A DNA stretch of 64,000 nucleotides from an uncultured virus (IMG/VR IMGVR_UViG_3300046691_000240) (taxonomy: Duplodnaviria; Heunggongvirae; Uroviricota; Caudoviricetes), in the IMG/VR virus record IMGVR_UViG_3300046691_000240; one strand, written 5' to 3'. The notes beneath the pieces were generated by a model, which worked only from the letters and a program-made list of their open reading frames with translations, did not search any database and was not told the DNA's origin. Both the position numbers and the translations under genes were made by a program. Below are positions 36,245-46,480 of the stretch, piece by piece. Each line of letters begins with the position of its first letter. Position 1 is the stretch's first letter.

Positions 36245-39200
36245 GTGAAAGTTCCCGGGATAGCTCTGCTCGATGCGCGCGGCTTGCTGCTGCACGCCTA
36301 CCATCGGGGCGTCGACCCTGATGCCAAACTCAGTCCGGCGACTGACAAGCCAGTGAACACGGCGGGCTACGGCCTGCGCGGATTCATTGACACCTACCTG
36401 TCGCCGCTGCTTGTTGATTTCTCCCCCCTGAATATCGTCGCCGTCTGGGACGGTGGCAATGATTACCGCAAGGGCCTGTTCGCTGACTACAAGGCGAAGC
36501 GGCACGCCGCCGAGAAAGACCCGGCGCAAGAAGCCCAGATCACCAAGATGATGGACATGGCCAAGGCCCTGCTCGCCTACTCCGGCGCGTTCAATGTCCG
36601 GGTCGAAGGGGTCGAGGCCGACGACGTCATCGGCGGCTTCTGCAAATACCTCCCCGAAGTGAACAAGCTGATCCAGACCGTGGACGGCGACCTGACCCAG
36701 CTCAGCGACGACAACACCCTGGTGATGGTCAAAAACATGCCCGCGTCCGACTACCAGGGCTACCCGACCAAGTTCGTGCGCATCTACAAGTCGATGGTCG
36801 GGGACACGTCCGACGAGTTCGGCGGGGTGCCACAGATCGGGCCGAAGGCGTTCGAGTATCTGGTGAAGGAATACGGTTACGACGGCCTGCTGCAGCTGGA
36901 ACGCAACGTGGCCAGCAACGATTATACCGAGCTGCTGGAAGCCGTTGAGGCCACCAACTGCAAGGTCCTGCGCAAGCTCTACGAACACCGCAGCACTTGG
37001 CGCCTGATGTACCTGCTGGCCGGGCTCCACCCCGAGCTGCTGTATGGCACCAACGCCCGCAAGATTATCCGCCCTGAGTGGTACGTGCGCCTGCCGGACG
37101 CCACCAAGGTACAGGAGATCCTGCACATCGCCGGCGACCCGAGCCTGTACGCGCTGTTCGAGCCGCACATGCCGACCACGACCCTGGTCACCCCCGAGAA
37201 CTGGGAGCAGGTGCGCGCCGACTTCGTCGCCGGGCTGGCGGAAACGCCGTTGGCCTCGTTCGACTATGAGACCTATGACCGCCTTGGCCACGACTGGAAG
37301 CCCGCCTTACCGGACACGGCGAAGGGCTACGTTGACGTGCTGTCGCAGGCGTTGACCGGCGGGTCATTCACCTATGGCGGCAACCTGCAGCACACCTTCT
37401 ACCTGCCGGTCGAGCACGCGGCCACGGCCAACCTGGACAAAGCCCGGCTGACCGACCTGCTCGATGACATTGAAGGCGCCGGGCTGGACTTCGTCGCGCA
37501 CAACGCGCGGTTCGAGGAACTTGTCACCAAGCACGAGTTGGGCTTCCAGATGGAAGGCCCGATCTGTACGCAGATGCTCGGGACCTACGTCGACGAGAAC
37601 CTGGAACAGGGCCTGAAGGCGCACGCCCAGCAGTGGCTGAAGTACGAACAGACCACCTATGCCCAGCTGATGACCCGCTGCGGCGCGCGGGACATGCGCG
37701 ACCTGACCGGGGAGCAGGTGTTGGACTACGCCTGCGATGACGCCTTCGTCGCCGCCCGCTTGGCCATGCTGTTCTGGATGATCCTCAAGCTCGAACAGCA
37801 GTGGGAGTTCGCCTACGGGCAGGACCGTTTCACCGTGCACTCGTTCAACCGCAGCTTCGAGACAGGGGTGGCCCTCGACTACGCGCAGCTGCAGACGCTG
37901 GCCGAGGCCGATGCGGCAGTGGTCGCGGCCAACACCACGGCACTGCACGCCACGCTGGCCGAGCATTGCAGCGAGATCAACGAAGTCGGTGCGCAGGAGC
38001 TGAAGCGCGCCGAAGGTGACAACCTGCTGAAGCTGCACCTCAACGACGGGATGAACCGGGCGCAGGCGCAGGCCAAAGTCAGCGAGTCCTACGAGCGCTG
38101 GCGGCAGGGCTCGGTGTACCGCGAGCACCGCCAGACGTACAAGCCCGCCGACTTCATTGCCACCGAGAAAGGGTTCACCCGGATCTCGGCCAAGATCGGC
38201 TTGCCGGTGGAGATGGCCAGCGTCTCGGCCTCGGGCATTACCGCCTGGTTGGTGAACGCGCAGAGCCATTTGAATATGAAGGGCAGCACCGACCCGCGTG
38301 CCGCCAAGCTGATCGACCTGGTGCAAGCCGCCAGTGCCGACATCCGCAAGCGTGAAGGTGAAACCTTCCTGACCCTGAAGCAATTCATCCAGGACGAAAT
38401 CATCCACGACGAGGGCGCGCGCGAGATCGAGGGCGACGAACTCAACCTCAACAGCCCCAAGCAAATGCAAGAGTTGCTGTATTGCAAACTGCAGTTGCCG
38501 GTGCGCCTGCGGACCTTCCCGCAGAAGAAATCGCGCCGCGACATGCTGGGCTTGGACGGCAACCCGTCGACCAACGAGGACGCCATTCTGGCGGCCATGG
38601 CCGAGGACTGCCCGGAAGGTGACTGGCGCCGCCACGCCCTGCAGCTGCTGATCGAAACGAAAGAGTGCATGACCCGGCAGTCGCTGTACTACGCCAAGTA
38701 CCCGCACTGGAAGCACCCGGACACCGGCGTGGTGCATCCCGGCACCCGCAACTGCGGCACGAAAACCCGCAGGCCAGCAGGCAGCAGCCTGAACATTCTG
38801 GCCGTGTCGAAGGGGCCGCTGCGCTCGATCTTCATCCCGCGCTTCAAAGGCCATGTCATTGCCGCGCTGGACTTCTCGGGGCAGGAGCTGCGCCTGACCG
38901 GCTCGGAATCCCGCGACCCTGTACTGATTCAGGCCTACACCGGCGGCGGCACTTACGTCGACGAAGACGGCATGACCCGGGCGCGCTTCAACGACATCCA
39001 CTCGACCACCGGCTGCACGTTCGCCGCCAAGGTGCTGGAGCAGACGCTCGGCAAGGAAATCCTCAAGCGCCTGTCGTTCGATTCCAGTGGCAGCATGGAC
39101 TACGAGCAGTTCGTCAGCCTGCTCAAGGAAGGCGAGCACGTTTACGAGATGGTTGGGGACCTCGCGCTGCCGCTGAGCAACGTCATCGTCAAGATCCGCA

Positions 39201-39811
39201 AGATGGCCAAGACGGTCAATTTTTTGATCATCTACGGTGGCCAAGCCTTCAGCATGGGCATGAAGCTGGGCGTTCCCGAGCGGTTCGCGCAGCAGATCAT
39301 CGACGGTGTATTCGCCGGGTACCCGCGCCTCGCGCCATGGCAGAAGGAAACCGTGGAGGACGCCAAGCGCCACGGTTTCATCACCACGGCGTTCGGCACC
39401 CGCAAGCATTGCGACCCGAACATCCTCAGCCGCGACGGCGGGCTGCGCGCCCGTGCCGAGCGTCAGACGGTCAACCACAAGATCCAGGGCGGCGCCGCCG
39501 ACACCCTGAAAGTGGTGCTGACCGGCGCCCACAACACCCGCCTGTACGAAGAAACCCGCTCCCACCTGATCGCCCCGGTGTACGACGAACTCGTCAACTC
39601 GGTGCCGATCGACAACGTCTTCGAGTTCGTCCAGCGCGCGCAAGACCTGATGAACATTACGCCACCGGGACACGCAATCCCCATGCTCGCCGAGGTTTCC
39701 CTCGGCCGGAACTGGCAGGACGCGAGCAAGAACGAGCTGGGCGATCGCCCATCGCAACGCAAAGTCGAGGCCTTGTTCGACAAGTGGGCCAAGGAAGGGT
39801 GGTTAGCATGA
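36245..39811 (+). CDS. polA: Family A DNA polymerase with 5'-3' and 3'-5' exonuclease domains
   Basis: EADDVI, GDTSD..GVPQIGPK (5' nuclease); FDYET, HNARFE, YACDD (proofreading); DFSGQELR, AKTVNF..IYG, YDE (pol A/B/C). Confidence 0.92.
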   Translation: MKVPGIALLDARGLLLHAYHRGVDPDAKLSPATDKPVNTAGYGLRGFIDTYLSPLLVDFSPLNIVAVWDGGNDYRKGLFADYKAKRHAAEKDPAQEAQITKMMDMAKALLAYSGAFNVRVEGVEADDVIGGFCKYLPEVNKLIQTVDGDLTQLSDDNTLVMVKNMPASDYQGYPTKFVRIYKSMVGDTSDEFGGVPQIGPKAFEYLVKEYGYDGLLQLERNVASNDYTELLEAVEATNCKVLRKLYEHRSTWRLMYLLAGLHPELLYGTNARKIIRPEWYVRLPDATKVQEILHIAGDPSLYALFEPHMPTTTLVTPENWEQVRADFVAGLAETPLASFDYETYDRLGHDWKPALPDTAKGYVDVLSQALTGGSFTYGGNLQHTFYLPVEHAATANLDKARLTDLLDDIEGAGLDFVAHNARFEELVTKHELGFQMEGPICTQMLGTYVDENLEQGLKAHAQQWLKYEQTTYAQLMTRCGARDMRDLTGEQVLDYACDDAFVAARLAMLFWMILKLEQQWEFAYGQDRFTVHSFNRSFETGVALDYAQLQTLAEADAAVVAANTTALHATLAEHCSEINEVGAQELKRAEGDNLLKLHLNDGMNRAQAQAKVSESYERWRQGSVYREHRQTYKPADFIATEKGFTRISAKIGLPVEMASVSASGITAWLVNAQSHLNMKGSTDPRAAKLIDLVQAASADIRKREGETFLTLKQFIQDEIIHDEGAREIEGDELNLNSPKQMQELLYCKLQLPVRLRTFPQKKSRRDMLGLDGNPSTNEDAILAAMAEDCPEGDWRRHALQLLIETKECMTRQSLYYAKYPHWKHPDTGVVHPGTRNCGTKTRRPAGSSLNILAVSKGPLRSIFIPRFKGHVIAALDFSGQELRLTGSESRDPVLIQAYTGGGTYVDEDGMTRARFNDIHSTTGCTFAAKVLEQTLGKEILKRLSFDSSGSMDYEQFVSLLKEGEHVYEMVGDLALPLSNVIVKIRKMAKTVNFLIIYGGQAFSMGMKLGVPERFAQQIIDGVFAGYPRLAPWQKETVEDAKRHGFITTAFGTRKHCDPNILSRDGGLRARAERQTVNHKIQGGAADTLKVVLTGAHNTRLYEETRSHLIAPVYDELVNSVPIDNVFEFVQRAQDLMNITPPGHAIPMLAEVSLGRNWQDASKNELGDRPSQRKVEALFDKWAKEGWLA

Positions 39812-40026
39812 ACCTAAAAGAAGCTCTGACGTGCTGCTTTGGCCTGGCGCTGGCTGCCTTCGTGCTGCTGGGGCCGGTCGCTTGCTCGATCAACCGACAG
39901 AATCAGATCGTGGAAGCGATCAAGGCCGGGGCCGACCCGACCGCCGCCAAGTGTGCGGTGGAAGCCGACATGGGGAACAGCGCCGCTTGCATCCTCGTGG
40001 CCAGCAAGCGGGGGGCCGACAAATGA
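39808..40026 (+). CDS. Small membrane protein
   Basis: ATGA overlaps on both sides; hydrophobic N-terminus. Confidence 0.65.
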   Translation: MNLKEALTCCFGLALAAFVLLGPVACSINRQNQIVEAIKAGADPTAAKCAVEADMGNSAACILVASKRGADK

Positions 40027-41303
40027 TCGCGCTCAACTCCGAACAACGGGACGCCGTGAACGAGATGCACGTCTTCGGCGACAGCGATGAACCGTTCTTT
40101 CTGCTGGAAGGCCGCGCCGGTACCGGCAAGACCACCTGCGTGCAGACCTTCGCCCGGGAGACCCGCAAGCGCGTGGTCTTCACGGCCCCCACCAACAAGG
40201 CGACCAAGGTCCTCAAGGCCATGTGCCGCCGGGAGCTGGGTGGCATCGTCGATTGCCGCACGATCTATTCGCTGCTCGGGCTGCGGATGGACAACAGCGG
40301 GGAGGCCAAGCAGGTGCGGGCCGCCGAGGGCTTCAACCGGGCGGCGGCCTACGACATCGTGGTCGTCGACGAAGGCTCCATGGCCAACGACTCGTTGATG
40401 AACTACATCGAGCGCACGGCCATGGAAGACGGCGTGAAGTTCCTTTTCATGGGCGACCGGACCCAGTTGCCGCCGATTGGCGAAACCGAGTCGCGGGTGT
40501 TCCAGATCCACTACCGCCGCGTGTTGAACAAGGTGGAGCGCCACGACAACCAGATTCTGACGCTGGCCACCCACCTGCGCGACTGCCAACTGCACGGCGT
40601 GGCCCTGGACTTATTCAGCGCGAACGACGAGAACGGCGGGGTCTACCTGCTCAACTACAAGAAGCTGCGGGCCAAGGCAGTGCAGGCCTTCACCAGCGAG
40701 AAGTACCGGGCCGACCAGGGCTCGATCAAGCTGATCGCTTGGCGCAACAACACCGTGAATATGTACAACGGCCTGATTCGCTCGGCCATGTATGGCGAGA
40801 AGGTCGCCGCCGAAGCCCCGTTCCAGGTCGGGGAGCGGGTCGTGGTGTGCCAGCCGATCATGTCCGCCGATGGCGAAGAAACCCTGATGACCACGGACGA
40901 AGAAGGCACCGTCGAGGAAGTCTGCGTCGAGCAGCACCCGGTCTACAAGGAGCTGACGTGCTACCGGGTGGAGGTCGAGCCGGAGATGAGTGAGGTCGGC
41001 TGGGTCACCTGCTGGGTCATTCATGAGAAGTCCGAGCGCACCTATAAACAGCTGCTCAATGAGCTGTCGACCCGCGCCAAGGCCACCAGCGGCGGCTGGC
41101 CCGCCTTCTGGAAAGCCAAGGAACTGATCCATGACGTGCGCCCGAGCCACGCGATCACCTCGCACCGCTCGCAGGGCTCGACATACGACAGCGCCTTCGT
41201 CGACGCCGCCGACATCATGCAGAACCTCGACTACATCGAAGCGCTCAAGTCCCTCAACGTGGCCTGCACCCGGCCCCGGCGCATCCTGGTGATCAGCCAA
41301 TGA
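40023..41303 (+). CDS. Dda/RecD-like SF1B helicase
   Basis: GRAGTGKT, APTNKA, VDEGSM, GDRTQLPP, TSHRSQGSTY, VACTR. Confidence 0.9.
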   Translation: MIALNSEQRDAVNEMHVFGDSDEPFFLLEGRAGTGKTTCVQTFARETRKRVVFTAPTNKATKVLKAMCRRELGGIVDCRTIYSLLGLRMDNSGEAKQVRAAEGFNRAAAYDIVVVDEGSMANDSLMNYIERTAMEDGVKFLFMGDRTQLPPIGETESRVFQIHYRRVLNKVERHDNQILTLATHLRDCQLHGVALDLFSANDENGGVYLLNYKKLRAKAVQAFTSEKYRADQGSIKLIAWRNNTVNMYNGLIRSAMYGEKVAAEAPFQVGERVVVCQPIMSADGEETLMTTDEEGTVEEVCVEQHPVYKELTCYRVEVEPEMSEVGWVTCWVIHEKSERTYKQLLNELSTRAKATSGGWPAFWKAKELIHDVRPSHAITSHRSQGSTYDSAFVDAADIMQNLDYIEALKSLNVACTRPRRILVISQ

Positions 41304-41794
41304 AGACGCCACAGGAGCGGGGCAAAGAGTTCGAGGAACAGTTCCGCGTGTTCCTCAAGCACCTGATGGAAAAGCACCCGGTGGCCAGCGCGCGGTTCTA
41401 CGACACCCACTCGGCAGGTGCGTACCTGCCCGACCAACCCGCCGACACCATCGCCTGCGTGCTCGGCATCTGCCACCTGTTCGAGCTGAAAAGCAGCGAG
41501 GTGCACGCCAGCCTCAGCGCAGGCCTGTCGAAGCTGCTCAAGGCGCATCAGGCCTCGCACCTGCGGATCTGGGCAAGGGCAGGGGCGAGCACGCACATCG
41601 TGTTCTGGCAGCAGAAGACCGGGATCATCGAGCTGTGGGATGGCGAGGCGGTGGGCCTTGTGCGACACGCCCCGCAAGCCCGCCTCAAGCCCGCAGGCAT
41701 CTGCGTCACCTACCCAGACTTTGACGCCTTCAAGGCCGCATTCACTCAAGCCTTACTGAACAACCCGCGATACACCGCGAAGGGGACTCCATGA
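41300..41794 (+). CDS. PD-(D/E)XK nuclease, Holliday junction resolvase-like
   Basis: GKEFE..PAD..FELKS..HQ. Confidence 0.7.
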   Translation: MKTPQERGKEFEEQFRVFLKHLMEKHPVASARFYDTHSAGAYLPDQPADTIACVLGICHLFELKSSEVHASLSAGLSKLLKAHQASHLRIWARAGASTHIVFWQQKTGIIELWDGEAVGLVRHAPQARLKPAGICVTYPDFDAFKAAFTQALLNNPRYTAKGTP

Positions 41795-42882
41795 CGGACA
41801 TTCTGGTCTTTACCGACCCGCATCTGGGCAAGAGCCTGGCCTCACACACCACACAGGACAGCCGGAGGCGGCTGCGAGACGGGCTGTACCAGCACGTCAC
41901 CAACGTCATCAACACCTTCCCGCACGCGCGCAAGGCCTGCCTCGGCGACCTGTTCGACAAGTTCCAGAACGCCGAGGATGTCATCTGGCAAGGCATGAAC
42001 GTGGCCAAAATGCTGGACCACCTGATGGCGGGGAACCATGACCTGGTCAATGACCGCGAGCGCATGGGCACCCTGCAACTGCTGCGCCGCTCTGGGGTGG
42101 ACTCGATCCTGCTGACCCCGTTCGGGGAAGCCAAGAGCTTCCTGTTTGACGTGGTGCCCGGGGTGTCCTTCCTGTTCGTGCCGCACCACAGCACCGACGC
42201 ATTGTTCCAGCAGTCATTGGTCGCGGCCAGCGGCTGGGTCAAGGGCAAAGCCCCCGGGACCAAGGCCTACCTGTGTGTGCACTGCAACTACGCCTCGGGG
42301 TTTGCCACGGACGACACGGCGCTGTCGTTGTCTCGCAAGCAGGCCAAGGATCTGCTCGATGACGGTTTCGATTACATCCTCATTGGCCATGACCACCACC
42401 CCCGGGAAGACCTCGACGGGCGTGTGATCGTGCTGGGCAACACGCACCCCACGGGGTTCGGGGACATCACTGACAAGCGCGTGATGCTGATCCGCCCGGA
42501 TGGCCGCCACGAGTTCCACCAGGTGTGGAGCAAGGCCGCAGGCTACCGGGAGATCAGCGCCAATGAACTGATCGACCCGGGCTTCGACTTCGACCCTACC
42601 AACAGCGTCGAATTCGTCGAGATCACCGGCGAACTCGAAGCCAGTCAGGTCATGGATCTGGCCCGCGCGGTGCGCAAGCTGTGGCAGGGCTGGCAACCGC
42701 TGGCCGTGCGCAACCGCGTCGAGCTGGTGAAGGCAGGCACCCACGACCCGGTGGCCAGCCACGAATTTCACCAGCTCGACATGCAGATCCGCGCCGAGCT
42801 GATCCGCCGCCCCGAACTTGTCGAGTTGTTCAACGCACTGTGGGCCGACACCGCCCCCGCCCTGCAAGAGGAAGACGCCTGA
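41791..42882 (+). CDS. sbcD: SbcD/Mre11-like nuclease
   Basis: DPHLG, GDLFD, GNHD, GHDH metallophosphoesterase motifs. Confidence 0.88.
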   Translation: MTDILVFTDPHLGKSLASHTTQDSRRRLRDGLYQHVTNVINTFPHARKACLGDLFDKFQNAEDVIWQGMNVAKMLDHLMAGNHDLVNDRERMGTLQLLRRSGVDSILLTPFGEAKSFLFDVVPGVSFLFVPHHSTDALFQQSLVAASGWVKGKAPGTKAYLCVHCNYASGFATDDTALSLSRKQAKDLLDDGFDYILIGHDHHPREDLDGRVIVLGNTHPTGFGDITDKRVMLIRPDGRHEFHQVWSKAAGYREISANELIDPGFDFDPTNSVEFVEITGELEASQVMDLARAVRKLWQGWQPLAVRNRVELVKAGTHDPVASHEFHQLDMQIRAELIRRPELVELFNALWADTAPALQEEDA

Positions 42883-43169
42883 TGAAACTGGAAATTATCA
42901 GTGGGCCTATAGGCTCAGGAAAAACCCGCCGCCTACGCGCGATCGAGCTGGAGCTGTCGGAACGCGGGGAAGTCGTCAAGTTCATGCACGGGAAGTTCAC
43001 GCCCTCGGCCCTGCTGCGTCTACTGCTGATGGCCGTGGCGCAGGGGTGCACCACCCTGTTGATCGACGACTGCCGGGGGCCGGAACTGGACCGCCTGCGC
43101 GCCGCCGTGCGCATTCTGGAGGGCCGCCCAGAGGGCGACATCATGGTGTACGCCGTGGAGGCGGCATGA
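42882..43169 (+). CDS. Small P-loop protein
   Basis: GPIGSGKT and LLIDD in only 95 aa. Confidence 0.6.
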   Translation: MKLEIISGPIGSGKTRRLRAIELELSERGEVVKFMHGKFTPSALLRLLLMAVAQGCTTLLIDDCRGPELDRLRAAVRILEGRPEGDIMVYAVEAA

Positions 43170-43378
43170 ACTGCCACTACTGCCAAGCCACCGGGGACCT
43201 CCGGCCCTATGGCCCCAAGTGCGCGATGGTGTGTTTCGAGTGCGCCACGGCCACGCCTGAGCGGGTCGTCGAAACGCAAGCCGCCTTCATTGCCCAGCTG
43301 GATGCCTGCGGCGATGGCGTGGTGGTGATCGGCACAGAAGCCGGACCTTATCCTGCGACACCGAAGGGAGCACAGTGA
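43166..43378 (+). CDS. Small zinc-finger protein
   Basis: CHYC..RPYGP..CFEC. Confidence 0.6.
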   Translation: MNCHYCQATGDLRPYGPKCAMVCFECATATPERVVETQAAFIAQLDACGDGVVVIGTEAGPYPATPKGAQ

Positions 43379-45594
43379 TGTTAGAGCGCCTGGAACTGAA
43401 TTTTTTCAAGAAGCACGAGCACCTGGTCGTCGACTTCACCCCGGGCTTGAATGGTGTCGTGGGGCCGAACTACAGGGGAAAGACCACCGTCATCTACGGC
43501 ATCCTCTACTGCCTCGGCGGCGCGAGGCTGGTCCCGGGCACGCGCCTGCAGACCCGTGGCACCAACGCAGGCTTCCGGCAGGTGCTGACCTTGGGCATCA
43601 ACGGCAAGGGCCGCTATCGCATCGAACGCACGAAGACCGGGGCCAGCCTCACCGAACTCTGTGAAGACGGCAGCGAGCAGCCGGTGGCCACCGGGACCAC
43701 CCCGGTCAACGCGGCGATCAGCCGACTGATCGGCATGCCCCTGAAGCGCTTCGCCCAGATCAAGTACGCCAAGCAACGCGCCGCGTCCTCGATCCTGCAG
43801 GCGGGCAGCACCGAGTTGTTCAAGATCATCACCGAGCTGACCGGGCTGGAGCGGGTAGGGCTGGTACTGGATCGCACCGGCGCGCAGTTGAAGTCTTGGC
43901 GCACGGTGATGGAGGCGAACCAACTGACCGACCTCGCGCAGCAGCAGGAACAGACGCAAGCCTGGTTGGACGAAGAAACCGAGCTGGACGTGCAGATCCG
44001 CGCCCTCGAAGCCCGGCACTCAGCCATGAAGGCACAGCGCGGCGCGGCCACCGAGGATGAACGCCGCCTTTCCGCCGCGCAGACGGCGGTGTATGGCGCG
44101 GTGTCCTCACTGCGCCATGTCGAGCGCGAGCTTGGGGAAGCCGAGGCCACCGCCGAAAGTGCGCAAGCCCAGCTGGCCGACTTCAGGGGGGACCCGAAGG
44201 CCGCCGACGAACTGGCCGACATGGAACAACAGTTGGCCACCCTGCACGCACAGGCACACTCGGCCAAGTACGCGCATAACCAGGTCAAGCAGATCGAACG
44301 CGAACTGGCGACGGAGCAGAGTGATCTGCAGACGGCGCAGGCGCAGGCCGCTCCCGCTCGCGATCACTATCAGACCCTGCGCGCCGCCGGGATCGAGGTC
44401 GAGGTCGACCTGCAGACCCTGCGCGACAAGGCATCCACGGCCACGGCCCTCGTGCAGATCCAGAGCGACAAGCTGCAGGGACTGATCGAGGCGGGCAAAA
44501 GCGGGGTGTGCCACAGCTGTCAGCGGTCGTTCGAGGCGTTCGATCCTGTGCAACACGCAGCGCATGTGTCCGAGGTCCAGCAGGTGCGGCGCGATCTGAT
44601 GGCGGAAGCCGAGCGCAGCAAATCCGATCTGGCGGCCGAGGAAGCCTACCGGCAGGACCTGAGTCAGGCCGAAGCCGCGTGGAACAAGGCGGACGGGCAG
44701 GTGCACGCCCTGCAGCAGTCGTGCAACCGTCTCAGCGCGCAGCTGGGGCAGGCGGCGGACACCGCCTTGACCTACCCACCAGCCGAAATGCTCGACGGGC
44801 AGATCAAGACCCTGGACGTGGCCCTGCAGATCGGCCGCCGGGATGGCCAGCGCTTGGCCACGGCGCAACAGGCGAGCGCGAACGCGCAAGGGCAGCTGGC
44901 CCAGCGCACCCGGGCGCACGCCGAAGCCCGCGACGAACTGCAGCGCCTGCGCACCGAGCACCAGGTCGAGGCGGTGGATCTGTCTGCCGCCCTGCAGGCC
45001 GCCCGCGAACACGCCGACCAGCTGGACCGCGAGCTGCGCAAGCTGAGCGACTTCTTGAACAGCCAGCGCAACCGCGCCCAGTCCGCGCACAGCGCCCGTA
45101 CCGCGCTGGAACGCGGCATGGCCGCCGCCACCGAGCGCAACCAGCAGCACATGCACGCAGCCAAGCAAGTAGTCCTGCTGTCCGAGCTGCTGGACTACAT
45201 CCGCAGCAACCGGGATCGCTACAGCAAGTCGGTCTGGGATGTCTTCATGGCCAGCGCTTCGATGTTCGCCAGTGATGCCACCGGCGGGGTGATCGAGGCG
45301 ATCAGCCGCGACGAAGACGGCGCCTTCGCCTTTATCGAGGAAGGCTACGAGATGGAACAGGCCGAGGCCTCTGGCGCGCAGCTGGCCATCCTCGGCACGG
45401 CGGTGCAGCTGGCCTTGGCCGACGCCGCGCTGTCGCCGTTGAACCTGGTGCTGATGGACGAACCCACAGCCGACATGGACCCGGAACGGGCGCTGGCCTT
45501 CAGCACCCTGCTGGCCAGCAGCGGCAAGCAGGTGATCATGATCACCCACCGCGAGATGGACGCGACGGTCTTCGATAACACAGTGGAGCTATGA
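43375..45594 (+). CDS. sbcC: SbcC/Rad50-like SMC ATPase
   Basis: GPNYRGKTT, coiled coil with CHSC zinc hook, SGAQ, LMDEPT, ITH. Confidence 0.9.
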   Translation: MMLERLELNFFKKHEHLVVDFTPGLNGVVGPNYRGKTTVIYGILYCLGGARLVPGTRLQTRGTNAGFRQVLTLGINGKGRYRIERTKTGASLTELCEDGSEQPVATGTTPVNAAISRLIGMPLKRFAQIKYAKQRAASSILQAGSTELFKIITELTGLERVGLVLDRTGAQLKSWRTVMEANQLTDLAQQQEQTQAWLDEETELDVQIRALEARHSAMKAQRGAATEDERRLSAAQTAVYGAVSSLRHVERELGEAEATAESAQAQLADFRGDPKAADELADMEQQLATLHAQAHSAKYAHNQVKQIERELATEQSDLQTAQAQAAPARDHYQTLRAAGIEVEVDLQTLRDKASTATALVQIQSDKLQGLIEAGKSGVCHSCQRSFEAFDPVQHAAHVSEVQQVRRDLMAEAERSKSDLAAEEAYRQDLSQAEAAWNKADGQVHALQQSCNRLSAQLGQAADTALTYPPAEMLDGQIKTLDVALQIGRRDGQRLATAQQASANAQGQLAQRTRAHAEARDELQRLRTEHQVEAVDLSAALQAAREHADQLDRELRKLSDFLNSQRNRAQSAHSARTALERGMAAATERNQQHMHAAKQVVLLSELLDYIRSNRDRYSKSVWDVFMASASMFASDATGGVIEAISRDEDGAFAFIEEGYEMEQAEASGAQLAILGTAVQLALADAALSPLNLVLMDEPTADMDPERALAFSTLLASSGKQVIMITHREMDATVFDNTVEL

Positions 45595-45595
45595 C

Positions 45596-45814
45596 ATGGC
45601 CGACGCCGCCGATGCCGCAGGGGATGAACAGGAGCTGATCGCGGATCTGCTCCTGCAACAACACCGCCGCGCCGCCGCCCAACACCGGGAGGTGATGAGC
45701 GCGGGAACCGGGGAGTGTTTGAATTGTGAAGCGCCCCTAGAAACGGGGCGCTATTGCGATGTGGACTGCCGGATGGATCACGAGCGTCGGGTTATGTCGC
45801 GGCTGCGGCGGTGA
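45596..45814 (+). CDS. TraR/DksA-like C4 zinc-finger protein
   Basis: N-terminal DAADAA (DxxDxA); CLNC..CDVDC. Confidence 0.75.
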   Translation: MADAADAAGDEQELIADLLLQQHRRAAAQHREVMSAGTGECLNCEAPLETGRYCDVDCRMDHERRVMSRLRR

Positions 45815-46241
45815 AGTAACCCGGCGGCACGAAGTCCTCGGCCGACAGGCCGAGGGTTTTCGCACGCTTGTTCCAGCGTATCCAACCGAAGCTGCGCACC
45901 GCCGCATACGCCGAGTAGCGCGTAGCGCGTCCGATGCCGCGGGCCTCCATGGCATCGAGAAAGATGGCGTCGGATTCCGCCCGGCTGTACCGCTGCGAGC
46001 TGTACAGCCAGTCGTGGGTGACCGCCGGGGCCCGCAACAGGCCGTTGACGTTGAAGGCCCCACGCAACAGGCGCGGGATCGACGCCAGGTCAGTGACGTA
46101 GCCGCGCGGCACGATGATCTTGTCACCGTTGCCGCGCAAGCCAATCAGCGGATCGAAGACCACCCACTCATCTGGTACCGGCACGCCGCCCGGGGTGAAC
46201 TCCTGCAGGTTGAGCAGGCTGATGTACTGGAAGGCACTCAT
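45792..46241 (-). CDS. DUF1353 family protein
   Basis: VPRGYVTDLASIP..AVTHDWLY..SDAIF..AVRSFG. Confidence 0.82.
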   Translation of the reverse strand: MSAFQYISLLNLQEFTPGGVPVPDEWVVFDPLIGLRGNGDKIIVPRGYVTDLASIPRLLRGAFNVNGLLRAPAVTHDWLYSSQRYSRAESDAIFLDAMEARGIGRATRYSAYAAVRSFGWIRWNKRAKTLGLSAEDFVPPGYFTAAAAT

Positions 46242-46480
46242 GACTTATCGACCTTGTCTTCCAGCGCCTTGGCCAGCGCGTCCTGAATTACCTCGGTCGG
46301 TTTGCGGTCGTCGCGCACGATCAGGATCAGCGACATCACCAGGGCGATAACGGCGCCCGCCTGCTCAATCGGCACGCCAAGGTAGGCGGACAACGAGCCC
46401 AGTGCGAGGGTCAGACCCTGCCACGTAGACGGTTGACGCAGGTAACGCAGCATCAGGTCCAGCAGTTCACGACGTTCCAT
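46238..46480 (-). CDS. Putative holin
   Basis: RQPSTWQGL, two TM segments, charged C-terminus. Confidence 0.6.
   Translation of the reverse strand: MERRELLDLMLRYLRQPSTWQGLTLALGSLSAYLGVPIEQAGAVIALVMSLILIVRDDRKPTEVIQDALAKALEDKVDKS

Noticed and set aside
37364..39757. 797-aa antisense ORF
   Set aside because: Shadow of polA; no recognisable motifs
38665..39807. Long alternative-frame ORF inside polA
   Set aside because: R/P-rich low-complexity product; only the part from ATG39808 looks real, unlike the MTase overlap, which has an RBS and motifs
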